DNA from: Schmidtea polychroa
Lineage: Eukaryota
NCBI GenBank assembly: GCA_044892525.1
Contig: CM097887.1
Span: forward strand, 21,452,001 to 21,516,000
Direction: 5' to 3'
DNA length: 64,000 bases
The position numbers were made by a program, and so were the translations under genes. The notes under the pieces were generated by a model. It had not been told where the DNA came from. It made no database searches and saw nothing but the letters and a program-made list of their open reading frames with translations. Numbering within the stretch: the first letter of the stretch is position 1; the number at the start of each line of letters is the position of its first letter. Below are positions 52,801 to 61,340 of the stretch, piece by piece.

Positions 52801-54238
52801 ATAAGCTTCATTGGTGACACTAGTCCAGATGTCGGTAGTGATCGCAATGTCCTTGACATTTTCATGGATATATTTCGACATTTTGACCACTAAATTATTT
52901 TTCATTGCTGTTAGTCGTGCTGTCATCGTCTGACGACACGGAGGACGATATCCTGGCTCCACTATCGCCATCAATTCACGGAAGGATTTCGATTCCACGA
53001 GCGAAATTGCCAACATATTTTCGGAAATCAATCTCGCAACAGCAGCCGTAATTTTTTCCTGTTTACTACTCGGACAATTTCTTTGTGTTGTAATCAATGC
53101 AGTCAATCGTGTTTGAGTATTTGAAGATGTTGTTAATCCACCATGTTTGCTACGCAAATGTGCATGCAAACCAGTCGTAGTACCTCCACTCCTACTTATT
53201 TGCTGTGCACAGAGCTTACATTGTGCCATCGTCGCCGAAATTTTATCAAAATTGTCCCAGACGTCAGACTTATTTATACGGAAACCCATAAATTTAAACT
53301 GATTCCATTCGGATTNNNNNNNNNNNNNNNNNNNNNNNNNNNNNNNNNNNNNNNNNNNNNNNNNNNNNNNNNNNNNNNNNNNNNNNNNNNNNNNNNNNNN
53401 NNNNNNNNNNNNNNNNNNNNNNNNNNNNNNNNNNNNNNNNNNNNNNNNNNNNNNNNNNNNNNNNNNNNNNNNNNNNNNNNNNNNNNNNNNNNNNNNNNNN
53501 NNNNNNNNNNNNNNNNNNNNNNNNNNNNNNNNNNNNNNNNNNNNNNNNNNNNNNNNNNNNNNNNNNNNNNNNNNNNNNNNNNNNNNNNNNNNNNNNNNNN
53601 NNNNNNNNNNNNNNNNNNNNNNNNNNNNNNNNNNNNNNNNNNNNNNNNNNNNNNNNNNNNNNNNNNNNNNNNNNNNNNNNNNNNNNNNNNNNNNNNNNNN
53701 NNNNNNNNNNNNNNNNNNNNNNNNNNNNNNNNNNNNNNNNNNNNNNNNNNNNNNNNNNATTAAAGATATTGATAGTCATAATGATAAATAAGTGCTAAAA
53801 ATTGAGAGAAACAATAGAAAATTATGATAATCTCACTTGGTCTAGTGCTATCAAATAAATGCATTTTCGAAAAGGTCCCGATTAACTGGCCATTCGGATT
53901 AAAAACCATTGACGAATTGTAAATTTTATTCGACCTAAGTTCGGGAATAGATCCACCAACTATCCAAATGGCGCATTCTCTACAATAGTTTGTAAAATAC
54001 ATTTCACATTAAAATGTTACTTTGACACTTTAGACAGCATTTGGCAAGTTTCTCCATTGGGAATATTTTCACTTTGCTGCATAAGATCTTCACTTCCAAA
54101 TGGACAGTTGAAGTATTCGGGTAAGCAGACTAATTTAACTCCTCTTTGTGAAACTAACTTAATTTTCGATTCAACATTAGATAGATTATAAGCTTTGCGA
54201 GAAGAAACGATATTTTGAATTAAAGCTACTTTAAGCAT
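1223..54238 (-). CDS. NIT2: Omega-amidase NIT2-like nitrilase, 4-exon model: 54238-54021, 53979-53837, 25301-24944, 1336-1223 (about 277 aa; 1-nt deletion in exon 3)
   Basis: Catalytic triad motifs are distributed across exons: LPEYFN (E), FSKMHLFD (K), GICHDLRF (C). Later motifs include YPAAFNMATGPAYW, ALDNQCFV, YGHSLATDPWG and VDEVRSMIPIRKQERGDIY*. All three junctions are GT-AG with matching phases (2, 1, 0). Exons sum to 834 nt once one base is restored. Confidence 0.8.
2583..2797 (-). ncRNA. Conserved multi-hairpin structured element of unknown class (copy a)
   Basis: Four stem domains; homologous to 25783-26002 with compensatory and G-U changes that pair only on the minus strand. Confidence 0.5.
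2899..3375 (-). CDS. Unknown coiled-coil ORF, diverged member of the WFxPx(Q/E)MK family (copy 1)
   Basis: FESTWFPPTEMKK matches LEGTWFSPVQMKE in other copies; heptad-rich region followed by a basic patch. Confidence 0.55.
   Translation of the reverse strand: MLSVSVLKLLEEMRADRERAQQQVEECRAKLMRLKAHCRNFESTWFPPTEMKKRMKLITQLQLQSAQDHVELHALRLRVRELEIQSYQQNLDREAISRIRPMSELLHQRKECAASKISKKKIRPGKAARARIRQACQAQVTLNATSSESAPKEPTITL
3854..4345 (-). CDS. Unknown 163-aa ORF with an Arg-rich tail and AT-hook-like RRRGRPRK
   Basis: Open GC-rich frame; a polypyrimidine-cag acceptor lies 2 nt before the ATG; C-terminal PRSPRRGPNRQRRRGRPRK. Confidence 0.5.
   Translation of the reverse strand: MPNIRPEDSHANPLTSTSRLSLNHAEADEVARLDQEEALTRLRSRWIWYKIHDWTYQNVVPVKPRIEPYINGTSLALIDAFDEVKAAVDRLHRLEEATLAGELEDCDGYARAQCHPRRTAALQRGLEYPRSPRRGPNRQRRRGRPRKGTSSTKEIRADKDGDL
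4810..5270 (+). pseudogene. Degraded spliced ORF (ORF-A) divergent from the copy 1 ORFs
   Basis: 42-nt GT-AG intron candidate at 4921-4962; CLNLHSAL and DGSSKYASA resemble YLNLHRVL (about 36370, minus) and QSSPKYASN (about 11400, minus). Confidence 0.35.
5521..5714. repeat. Direct repeat, 2 x 100 bp, each containing TGACGTCA
   Basis: aatttacaaatttaagttactgatcctgacgtcatttactgggggg begins at 5521 and 5621. Confidence 0.95.
6590..7010. repeat. Minisatellite, 76-bp unit, about 5.5 copies
   Basis: gataa(a/c)tatatacatcag recurs at 6665, 6741, 6817, 6893 and 6969. Confidence 0.95.
8992..9666 (+). mobile_element. Solo-LTR-like or MITE-like element
   Basis: TG...CA ends with imperfect inverted termini (gctgagtcgaaaatt / aattttcgactcggc), an A-rich segment, an ATTGG box, a TATA-like motif and an internal 49-bp repeat (9399-9522). 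No TSD found. Confidence 0.45.
11865..12050 (+). pseudogene. CxxC-coiled-coil family ORF, truncated (copy 2)
   Basis: PCFSCADKNAVIKDLQ...KIDELEGTWFSPVQMKE...RSEH*; a 30-nt GT-AG intron candidate (11826-11855) lies just upstream of the ATG. Confidence 0.6.
16822..16859. repeat. (TA)n microsatellite
   Basis: Uninterrupted TA run, seen directly. Confidence 0.95.
16858..19110 (+). mobile_element. POGK/pogo-like DNA transposon, near-intact transposase (about 17401-18720) with a 5' frameshift and a premature stop; right end in gap
   Basis: N-terminal DNA-binding region (GNRAAGRQYDVDEKSVREWRK), CENP-B-like HTH (GSNNWVFKFMTRNQLSVR), DDE_1 motifs NMDEVP, IFDAMAAH and QPLDIAVNHPFK; TGA at 18475-18477 where a W codon is expected; ataacccgc-type terminal motifs. 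Confidence 0.9.
20425..21211 (+). mobile_element. Internally deleted SPIN/GTF2IRD2-like hAT element with 8-bp TSD GTGTAGTT
   Basis: TSD at 20417-20424 and 21212-21219; imperfect TIRs cagatatgtcaaact / agtttgaaacccctg; transposase fragment VDITKHLSDLNLKLQGKDQ. Confidence 0.85.
22860..22909 (+). mobile_element. Buster/Charlie-type hAT right end
   Basis: aaaagccacagatggctcgcgagccagtgtttggcgaccactg matches the recalled 3' terminus of these elements; left end not found. Confidence 0.5.
23695..24813 (+). mobile_element. Complete Merlin/IS1595-type DNA transposon; transposase 23792-24716 split by one extra A
   Basis: 39-bp perfect TIRs (ggcgacgctctagtgtatgtcgcccaaaattttaaatta); 8-bp TSD ATTTGTTA at 23687-23694 and 24814-24821; motifs VEIDET, IYSDRWPAY and HTNKMEGWW. 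Confidence 0.93.
24944..25301 (-). CDS. NIT2: Nitrilase exon 3, with a 1-nt deletion at about 25093
   Basis: tttag|TT TAT AAC GAG gives (I)YNESETSVPGSEF...GICHDLRFPE...TGPAYW. After a frameshift it reads LLGRGIALDNQCFVGLCSIARDYQANHVSYGHSLATDPWGRIISSLDDK|gtttgt (phase 0 donor). Confidence 0.88.
25783..26002 (-). ncRNA. Conserved multi-hairpin structured element (copy b), abutting a (TA)n tract
   Basis: Same four stems as 2583-2797; loop and bulge differences are confined mostly to unpaired regions. Confidence 0.5.
26563..28786 (-). mobile_element. Nested solo-LTR-like elements (inner 26762-27976 within outer 26563-28786)
   Basis: TGTTG...CAACA termini; ends shared with 59224-60066 (tgttgaggatacctaaa and ccaa(a)taacccaaca); no clean TSDs. 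Confidence 0.45.
29340..31491 (+). mobile_element. Degenerate ZMYM1-like hAT transposon (DUF4371 plus dimerisation domain); left end missing
   Basis: RGLAFRG, NGNYLG, YFSIIIDSIPDISHLDQL, RGQSYDNASNMSG and ERSFSTLKRIKNHLRS; 3' terminus ...atacggccatg. Confidence 0.88.
31126..31339. mobile_element. Tc1/pogo-type MITE nested in the hAT 3' end
   Basis: TIRs cagtaataccccg / cggggtattactg flanked by TA on both sides. Confidence 0.85.
31698..32475 (+). pseudogene. CxxC-coiled-coil family ORF (copy 3), full length but frameshifted
   Basis: PCFSCADKNA...LEGTWFTPAQMKE...LRLEHC; S/T-rich linker; RPKRKRLIRAEK; C-terminal DDQLVADLELLLQERGD. Confidence 0.65.
34706..35410 (+). mobile_element. Solo-LTR-like element
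   Basis: Starts tgttgggct like 8992; A-rich segment; ATTGG and tatataa boxes; imperfect inverted termini. Confidence 0.4.
37095..37857 (+). pseudogene. CxxC-coiled-coil family ORF (copy 4), one frameshift near 37410
   Basis: TCFLCADKNA...YECRWFSPPQMKE...LRLEHC; KKRKRPSRAKK; C-terminal DTQLQVDIDALIAEGD. Confidence 0.65.
40167..41003 (-). mobile_element. Ty3/Gypsy pol fragment (RT C-terminus plus RNase H)
   Basis: VKFLGHII, SFLGICNYYRRFIKEY, ILDTDAS..IGAVLSQ, YCITRKELL, RTDHKAI and YRKGTDHANAD. Confidence 0.92.
41004..41830 (-). pseudogene. Degraded transposon-associated ORF
   Basis: FWEKSRILTR and EFLRLQG.ARVGSMTSVDRQLAAKEKR resemble a recalled uncharacterised DNA-transposon protein family (Cc8K15.2-like); many stops. 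Confidence 0.4.
43210..43405. repeat. Imperfect tandem repeat of about 50-55 bp
   Basis: cacRYG...(g)tcagttag(t/c)a.cagtgtg recurs about 4 times. Confidence 0.7.
44060..44662 (-). pseudogene. Intronless RNF115/RNF126-like RING E3 ligase copy, disrupted
   Basis: N-terminal YYYHKCNRHV...CVTCIDGLIERI; FDNFVTRIMNQFEQSGPP; frameshift near 44270; then SICLSDYELADEVYELPCQHRYPVQCLKTWL with several RING ligands lost. Confidence 0.75.
44880..45545 (+). mobile_element. Buster/ZBED5-like hAT transposase C-terminal remnant
   Basis: HYFP, EEEEQLI, LEEFW.SVKKSYP, KILLRFSSSWLC.GFSALTEIKSKKR; cagtgtt at 44881. Confidence 0.8.
48050..48699. mobile_element. MULE-like MITE with 9-bp TSD
   Basis: Termini gggtctggttcaatttcccgaca / tgtcgggaaagtgatcgccaccc with subterminal cccga repeats; flanks atgttaaat / atattaaat. 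Confidence 0.8.
49686..49960 (+). pseudogene. ZBED4-like hAT transposase fragment
   Basis: LEKWDI...STIVKA...LGCYTHAIQRAV...IFRNSP. Confidence 0.55.
51089..53315 (-). mobile_element. Ac/ZBED1-type hAT transposon with an intact 599-aa transposase ORF (53289-51490); 5' end in gap
   Basis: BED finger (VWDNF...CKLC...TTGLHAHLRSKH), ITTDIWTS, HCAAHKLQL, CKTRWNSVY and IPATSVQSERLFS; taggg terminus at 51089. Confidence 0.93.
53837..53979 (-). CDS. NIT2: Nitrilase exon 2
   Basis: (K)ECAIWIVGGSIPELRSNKIYNSSMVFNPNGQLIGTFSKMHLFDSTRP; ends CCA A|gtgaga (phase 1 donor). Confidence 0.9.
54021..54238 (-). CDS. NIT2: Nitrilase exon 1
   Basis: MLKVALIQ...VKLVCLPEYFNCPFG...GETCQMLSKVS; ends TCA AA|gtaaca, followed by a 41-nt intron (54020-53980) ending tgtag. 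Confidence 0.9.
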
Positions 54239-57200
54239 GCTAAATTCTTCAATAAATATTAATATATATCAAAATGAAATTAGTTGGAAATATTTTTTAA
54301 TTTTAAGAATAAATGTCAATATACAAATAATATTAATAATTCTATGACCTTTAAAAATCATTCAACAAAACAGCGGATAAGTACTAAATTTCTTGTTTTA
54401 TAAAAATAAATTTAATTTTAATGTAGTATTAAAAATAGTTGAAATTATAATTTTAAAAATATGTATTATTCATATTGGAATTAATTACTAACAACAAGGG
54501 TTTATTTTATAACTTTTATTTGAAGAATGATAGCATATAGAAATAGCCCAATTAAACGAGTGTTGCAACCATAACTCAATTTATTTTCAGGCATCAATTA
54601 AACTGTAATGGCTGTATATCTTTTACTAATCTCCTTATTGAATAAATAAACCTGTATCTTTATATTTATAATTTGTTGACTTATCACATTTATAACATTT
54701 AAACTATAATATTTATAAAAAGGAGTTTTGATGTTTTTTATTTCAAAAGACGAACTCACTTCCCACAATGAATTATTAACATAATGATGCATCTTTTCGG
54801 ACCCCACAGCCAACTGCATTAAGAATTAAACAAAATGAACTAATAACCAGAAGTAATGGTTGAACTGAACTGTTCATACGGAACAGTTTTACCAATCGGT
54901 TTATCTAGAGCTTCTTGGTGACAGTGTGAACAATGAACAATATCGGTGTTGTCTACATGTGTTGTTAAAAATAAAAAAGTAAATCAACCTAGCCCACGGC
55001 GTAGCTCAAAGGTTTTGACATCACACTAAGATTTTACCGTATCCGAGTCCAGTGGGTAGTTGCGATGGACAATTTTAATAACTAATATAACAAACTCTGC
55101 GCATAACGACCACATACTGTAATCACATTTTAATACTTAGATTATAATCATCACCACATACAATGAAGACTAGAATTGTTTCAATATTACTGAAGATAGG
55201 GCAGCACATTGTGCTATAATAATCAAGAAATAAGAGCAGATCCCAGTCAAAAAGAATTAAGCCATCAATTTTAACTTCGATTTTCTGGACATATGCTCGG
55301 GAAATAAAAACGGAACCTTGCCGAATTTTTACAAAGGCATATTGTACCTTTGAAAATTCAAGGAATGAAGAGATCAAATAAGGGCAGATCCTTGACCAGT
55401 ATTTTAAATTCCGTTTTGTTGGGTATTGATGCAAAGTCGGTATCACTGTCGACTCCTTCGTGTCCTTTGAAAACAAATTAAATACCAAACACAAAATATT
55501 TATTTTTGACTAAAACAATTACACTTTTGTTACACCTTTACTGATTCCACTACATTTGATACAACCACTTTTTGTACCTTTCAAATTGAAAGTTTCAATA
55601 CTACTGCAAATCTCACGTAGGGATGAAACTTCCAATGGGAGATGTAGCTTTCTGGTTCGTTTGATTTAAATTATTCAACTGAAACTAACTTCAAGGTTTT
55701 TATTGTTACTCTGTCTAAATTTCTAGCTTTTATTCGACCAACTGGCGGCTTGTTCACTTCTGAGGTCTCTTTTTATACTTTTATGAGAGACCAATTATCT
55801 AGAAAATTGTGCTAAATTTTTTCCTTGGGACTCAAAATCAATATTTAATGATTTTTAGATAATTGAAATTTATTTATCCTTCATTAGAGCTCAACATATT
55901 TCTTCTTTTTATCTTGTTGCTCGGGTCTCATTGCGCACCGGGTTTTCTACAGCGCTCAGGTTTACCATAAGCTCGGGCTTCACATTAGCTCGGGATTTTC
56001 ATTACTGATTAATTAATTTGTTTTTCGCATTAACTTGCCCTGTGAACATCTTATTAAATTTTTATCATAATTTCTGAATTCGTCTATCAATTTGCCGTTC
56101 AGCCATACCCGATACCTCCGTTCAATATTGATTTTTGATTTTTATTAAATTTTAATTAATTTTGGATCTTTAATGATTTTACCCATTTTTGTTATGCTTT
56201 CTTTTTATATATGAATTTTTTGGTTTTCACTCTAACTCCAACAATTTTAAACTTTAAATTTAAAGGAATACGTGAATAAAATAAGGACAGATCCCGGTCC
56301 AAACATTTTAAGAGTCAATTTTAACTTTGATTCTAAAGAAATAACTGAATAAAAAAGGGGGAAATCAGTTCCATAAGGTTAAATGAGTAGTTATTTTATG
56401 AAATTATTAATTCCAAAACTTACCTGAATTAGAAGTAGTGCAGCAATGTTGGCTAAAGGTGTTTTTCTCTTAAACAGTAAATCATTGAGTATATATTGTT
56501 GATAAAATAGTTGATACTTAACAACAATTATTAATCGATTGATCGATAAATATGTAAGGAACGATGGAAATGTTTACTTTATATTATATTCTATTATCTT
56601 ACCGTATTTCATATTGTGATAGATGGTGAGGTTTGGTGTAGTATGCAGAAATTGAAATAATAATCGTGGTAGCTCAAGTTTATGCATTGACTGAGGAGAA
56701 CAGATACCTGCTAAATTTTCCAAGCCATCAATCTTAACTTTACATTTAAGGAGATGTATGAATAAAGGCAATGAATATCACCATTAAAATTTTCTAAAGG
56801 TCATTTTGACCGAAGTTGAGAAAATGGGCGGATGCAACAAGGACGATTTCCGATTCAAAATCTGGATCACATAACAATGAAGGGAAATTTTTGTTAAACT
56901 ATGAAACTAATGCGATTGAATGTCAAGTTTCCAGCTCAGATGATGTAGCAATTAACCGTTTCAAATTTTGACCGGACACCCATCCGGTGACGGACACACC
57001 AGATATCACAACCAAGATAAGCATGTGCATCCGATGACACATACTTAGGCAATATATAATTACCTGAGACTGAGGTTATTTTGAATGTCTATTAAACTAG
57101 ACAAGAAATTGCAAACTTCGAGTCAAGAACCAGGGCCCTCGTTCAGAGGAATCGAAACGACTCGCGAGGAGGACCGATGCTTAAAAGGCTAATAAAAATA

Positions 57201-57899
57201 AACATAACGACTCAATATTTGGATTCATAATAATGTTACAAAAATGAAATAATCAACTCATAATGATGTAATTGTTCTTGATAATTTGAGGTTGATAAAT
57301 AAACCCAAGAGGTAGTTTAAGACGACAGGTTATTGACTTCGAGATGAAGGAACACACATCAACTAAGCGTTTTTTTACAAAAACATTTAACTATAATTTT
57401 ATCTAACCATTAAAATAGTCTTATTATTTATTTACATTTATCACTGCAACACATAGATAGTATAAATATTATCGTGCCATTAATATTTTAATAAATTTAA
57501 TTACAGTAGACAAAATGAACAAATTTAGCGAGGATGTAGGTTGATATACGTAGGAAGCGGCGTGGCATGCATTTCGAGCAGAATCGATGGTACGGGAGTG
57601 CGTCGAATGGAAGCGATATGATTGCTTTGTAGAGAAGCATAACGAAAGTATCGAATAGACAAACTTGCGATAGTGAAAAGTTACCGCACAGGTAATCCAC
57701 CACTTATTTCAAGCGACAATAGCAATTCCTAACAATGCTCATGAATTATTATCTTTCCATTTGGTCAAAGACCAAAATTAATTTCTAATAAAAAAATTAA
57801 TCCTCCAGACTGCAAAATACCTTACAATTCTTTTTATCTCTACGATCATTATCCCTACGATTTCAAACAATTGTTAATTTTTATAGTTCTAAATAATTT

Positions 57900-58086
57900 A
57901 GAGATACTCTTAGAAGGTAACAATGATACAATTTGTACCGACTGTATTAAAAATATTTCTGCTGTGTCACTTGTCACTAAGCGTAATTTCTTCTCAGACA
58001 CAGATGTGGTTTCCAACACTTGGTCGCTCAAGCACAAATCCGTATGTTTCTTTTACTCAGAGAACTATTTCAATCACTTTGCATGA
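57900..58086 (+). pseudogene. Possible highly diverged CxxC family member (copy 5)
   Basis: ICTDCIKN..A...SNTW has spacing similar to CFSCADKN..A...EGTW; an upstream 18-mer is shared with copy 2. Confidence 0.3.
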
Positions 58087-58987
58087 AAATGGAGGTTTTC
58101 GGCAGTCTCGATTGAATAACTGAGTCGCTGTTCAGGTGAAAACCTTTTGAAGCTTAACAAACAAAATTCTAATACGTATTGCTTAATAATATTCAAATCA
58201 TGATTTGTTGTGAATGTGGTAGAATGTGATGGAAACTCCCTATAGAACCTTAAGTTCTCGCCCTGTAGGAAAAATTTACACCTTTCTGTATAAGATTAGA
58301 TTAACAGGGCCGTAACAATATATGTGGTGCGAATTGAAAACACCCTACTATAATAATTATAATGTTCATCTTGCTAACAATCTATTCATCTCCTGATATT
58401 ATAATAAGTAGTAATGCTCTTAAATTTCTGTAGCTAATCTTGTGGACTAACATTTTACAAAAAACACTTGTCGTGACAGGCTATTGAACCAGTCCAACCA
58501 GTAATGTTAAAGATAGGCTAGTTATGATGTCGTTTCTTTTCGTACATTTCATTTAATAATCATTTTTTACATTTTTTGGTAACATAAAAAAATATTACAT
58601 GCCAATTTTGCGCCCTAATTAATGCTTAAGGCAGCATTTAGGATAAACCAGATATTTTACTACAATGTCAATTGACTTGACCACAATATCCAAGTAAAAT
58701 ACTTACGATCACAGTGAGCTTTTATGATAATGATCAAGAAGGCGTTTGAGGATGACCAACATCAATATATAATGCCACGCCTCTCTTGTCGTGAAAGAAG
58801 CCCTTAAGTGAAAACCTTAAAATAGCTTGCGAAGGGTAATATAGATCAAGAAGCATCCAATAAAATCGATATTTAAAGGAAACATTAACATAAATAAAAT
58901 AATATTTGAAAAAAAATTATATTTATCAAAGTTTCATTAAAAAATCTATTGAAATAATATTACAAGAAATTGCAATATATGAATAAG

Positions 58988-59104
58988 CTAAAATTTCTCA
59001 GTGGCCACAGTATAGATATCCTCTCGTCTTTGCTTACCGATTGGAATCATTGATCTGACACTATCAACTTCATCGAGGTTCACAGTAAATTCCAAAATAT
59101 CATC
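58988..59104 (-). CDS. Terminal exon of a second, paralogous nitrilase gene
   Basis: tag|DDILEFTVNLDEVDSVRSMIPIGKQRREDIYTVATEKF*; clearly homologous to 1336-1223 with the same intron position and phase. Confidence 0.85.
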   Translation of the reverse strand, partial: DDILEFTVNLDEVDSVRSMIPIGKQRREDIYTVATEKF

Positions 59105-59223
59105 CTATACCGAATATTGATAACACTTAATTTCCAATTTATTTAACATTAATAAATATCAATGTGAATTTTAGAAAGAAATTATAATTAGTCCATATGA
59201 AATCAAGGGTTTTTAAATTATTA

Positions 59224-60066
59224 TGTTGAGGATACCTAAACAATAAATATAATAAATAATTAGAATAACTTGGGGGGCGGGAACCGATAGGGTGATTGGA
59301 ATACCGCTCTGAATCTTAAAGAAAAGAGAAAAGCAAAAATATGAGAAATGAGGAAGAAATAAAATACAACAATAAAGCATAGAAAGGTCACTTTTTTTTA
59401 AAAAGTGCAAAAAAGCAAAAAGGAATTCCAAAATTGGAAAACTAAAACAAAACATGAAAGCAAAATCGGCATTTGGAAATAGGGAAATATATGCAAAATG
59501 GCAGAAGCAGAAAAAATGACAAACTATCCTGACTGCCAAACTACGGGAGCTATTCACATTATGGAGACAGAAATGGGGAAAATGATTTATCAAAAGTGTC
59601 GGAAAAGTGCAGACTATAAAAGCAAGTCTTCTTAATGGAATCAGAAAAATTAAAAGAAATAATTCGAAATCATAGAAATTAAAAGTGAGAAATTAGTACT
59701 TTGAGAAAATATTGGAACTAAACGGTGTCACAAAATTGAGTTCAATAAGAAAGGTTTAAACTTTAAAATATACTGAATAAATTCAAGTCAAAGCAATTGA
59801 AATTCAATTCAATTTACCAAACTATTGAGTCAGATAAGCGGCTGGTGATTGCTTAATAATTGAGAATTTTACAAGTAGAGCTATTCCTCACTTAGTGTCA
59901 TAATAAGCTCTGTGTTTTTCGATAGTGTTGTTATAATTCGTGTAATCAATAGTGATAATCAATAAATGTTTATATTGTCTAAGAATTGTTAATTTGAGTA
60001 TCAGATAAAGAGTCAGAAATTTGATTAGTAACCTTTATATATTACCACCAACCAAATAACCCAACA
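59224..60066 (+). mobile_element. Solo-LTR-like element
   Basis: TGTTG...CAACA ends, A-rich U3-like region, TATAAAA at about 59615 and AATAAA at about 59961; homologous to the 26563-28786 elements. Confidence 0.55.
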
Positions 60067-60132
60067 GTAGGTAGTTAGTAGCCACAGCAGCACGACCATT
60101 CTGTAGGGGGGGGGGGGGGTCTGCTGCCGTAT

Positions 60133-60193
60133 TTTTTTTTGCTTTTTGGTTACGTAACTGCTGCTGTAGTAACATAACCAAAAAGCAAAAAAA
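60133..60193. repeat. Short inverted repeat (about 19-bp arms)
   Basis: tttttttgctttttggtta ... taaccaaaaagcaaaaaaa. Confidence 0.85.
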
Positions 60194-61340
60194 TTTCTTC
60201 CGTGGGCTACTAACCTATTAAACCTATTAAACAGCTACTGAGAAATGAAAATTTTTCAATGACAAATTTACTTGAAAATTAATGGCTAAAATTTTCAATG
60301 AAGTTAATCAATGGCGAAATTTTAAATTAAAGTAATCAACAGGCTCAAATAAGTAAAGTAAAGTTAATTAAGATAAATAGGTAAATGAAGAAGTAAATTT
60401 TAAAGTTAACTAAATAAGGTCTAAAATTTTCAATTAAGTAAATCAATGGCAAAATTTTAAATTGAAGTAATTAATAGTTTATATTTCAAAACTTCAGTAA
60501 ATAAAGGATAAATGGGTAAACTAAGGTTTAAAATTTTCAATTAAGTAAATTATGGGTCTAACTTTAATTTATTGAATTTTTCTCTATTTTGCTGTTTTGT
60601 TGATTAATACATCAATGAATAATTATAATTTTCTAGAAGATTTGTCCATCAAATATCTAATGTATTCTCTATGACATATATCTTGGTTTAATTATTGTAA
60701 TCTTTAATTTAATAATTTTAGTTTTATTATGTCTTTGTTAAATAAGTCAACTTTATCGTCAAAATGTTTTTTTAAAATATATATAAATTTTAAAATACCG
60801 CAACGTAATATATTATTTTTTCCCTACCCCTTCCTTGATTTTGATTAGTCAGAATTTGTTCGTGTTTATTATCTTCAGTTTATAAACAATAATCTATCAT
60901 AAGTCACATTTAACAATTAGTTAACCTTTAAAAATGAATTCTTTAATAAAAAAACGTTATGAATCTCCAAGGAAAAATTCAGAAATTTGGTAAATTTTAA
61001 TTTATTGATTAATTAATTTAGATAATATTAATGAAGACAATTTGAAATCGAAGATTGAAAGAAATTCGAAAAGAAAAAGTAAACATAATTTTTTATTTAT
61101 TGATTTAATTAATTAATAATTTAGGTAATACGAATAAAGAGAAAATTTATGTCAATATGTCAATAAATGGAAATGAAAATTTACAATGTAAGTATTGATT
61201 AGTTTCTATGATTTAAAGGAAATTTAATATAATTTATAATTTAAGCAAATGTTATTATTTTTAATTTAGTAAATATTTATGTAATAAATTTTGTAAAAAT
61301 TTATTGTAATAAATAATAATAATTTGAAAATTTTCGTGTA

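Noticed and set aside
53760-53836. 42-nt intron after nitrilase exon 2 using the local acceptor at about 53795
   Set aside because: It gives TLIYHYDYQYL* with no nitrilase similarity and no catalytic Cys.
57130-57175. Minimal Penelope-type hammerhead (cagaggaatcgaaacgactc)
   Set aside because: The core reads CAGAGGA rather than CUGANGA and stem III is unconvincing; no PLE RT nearby.
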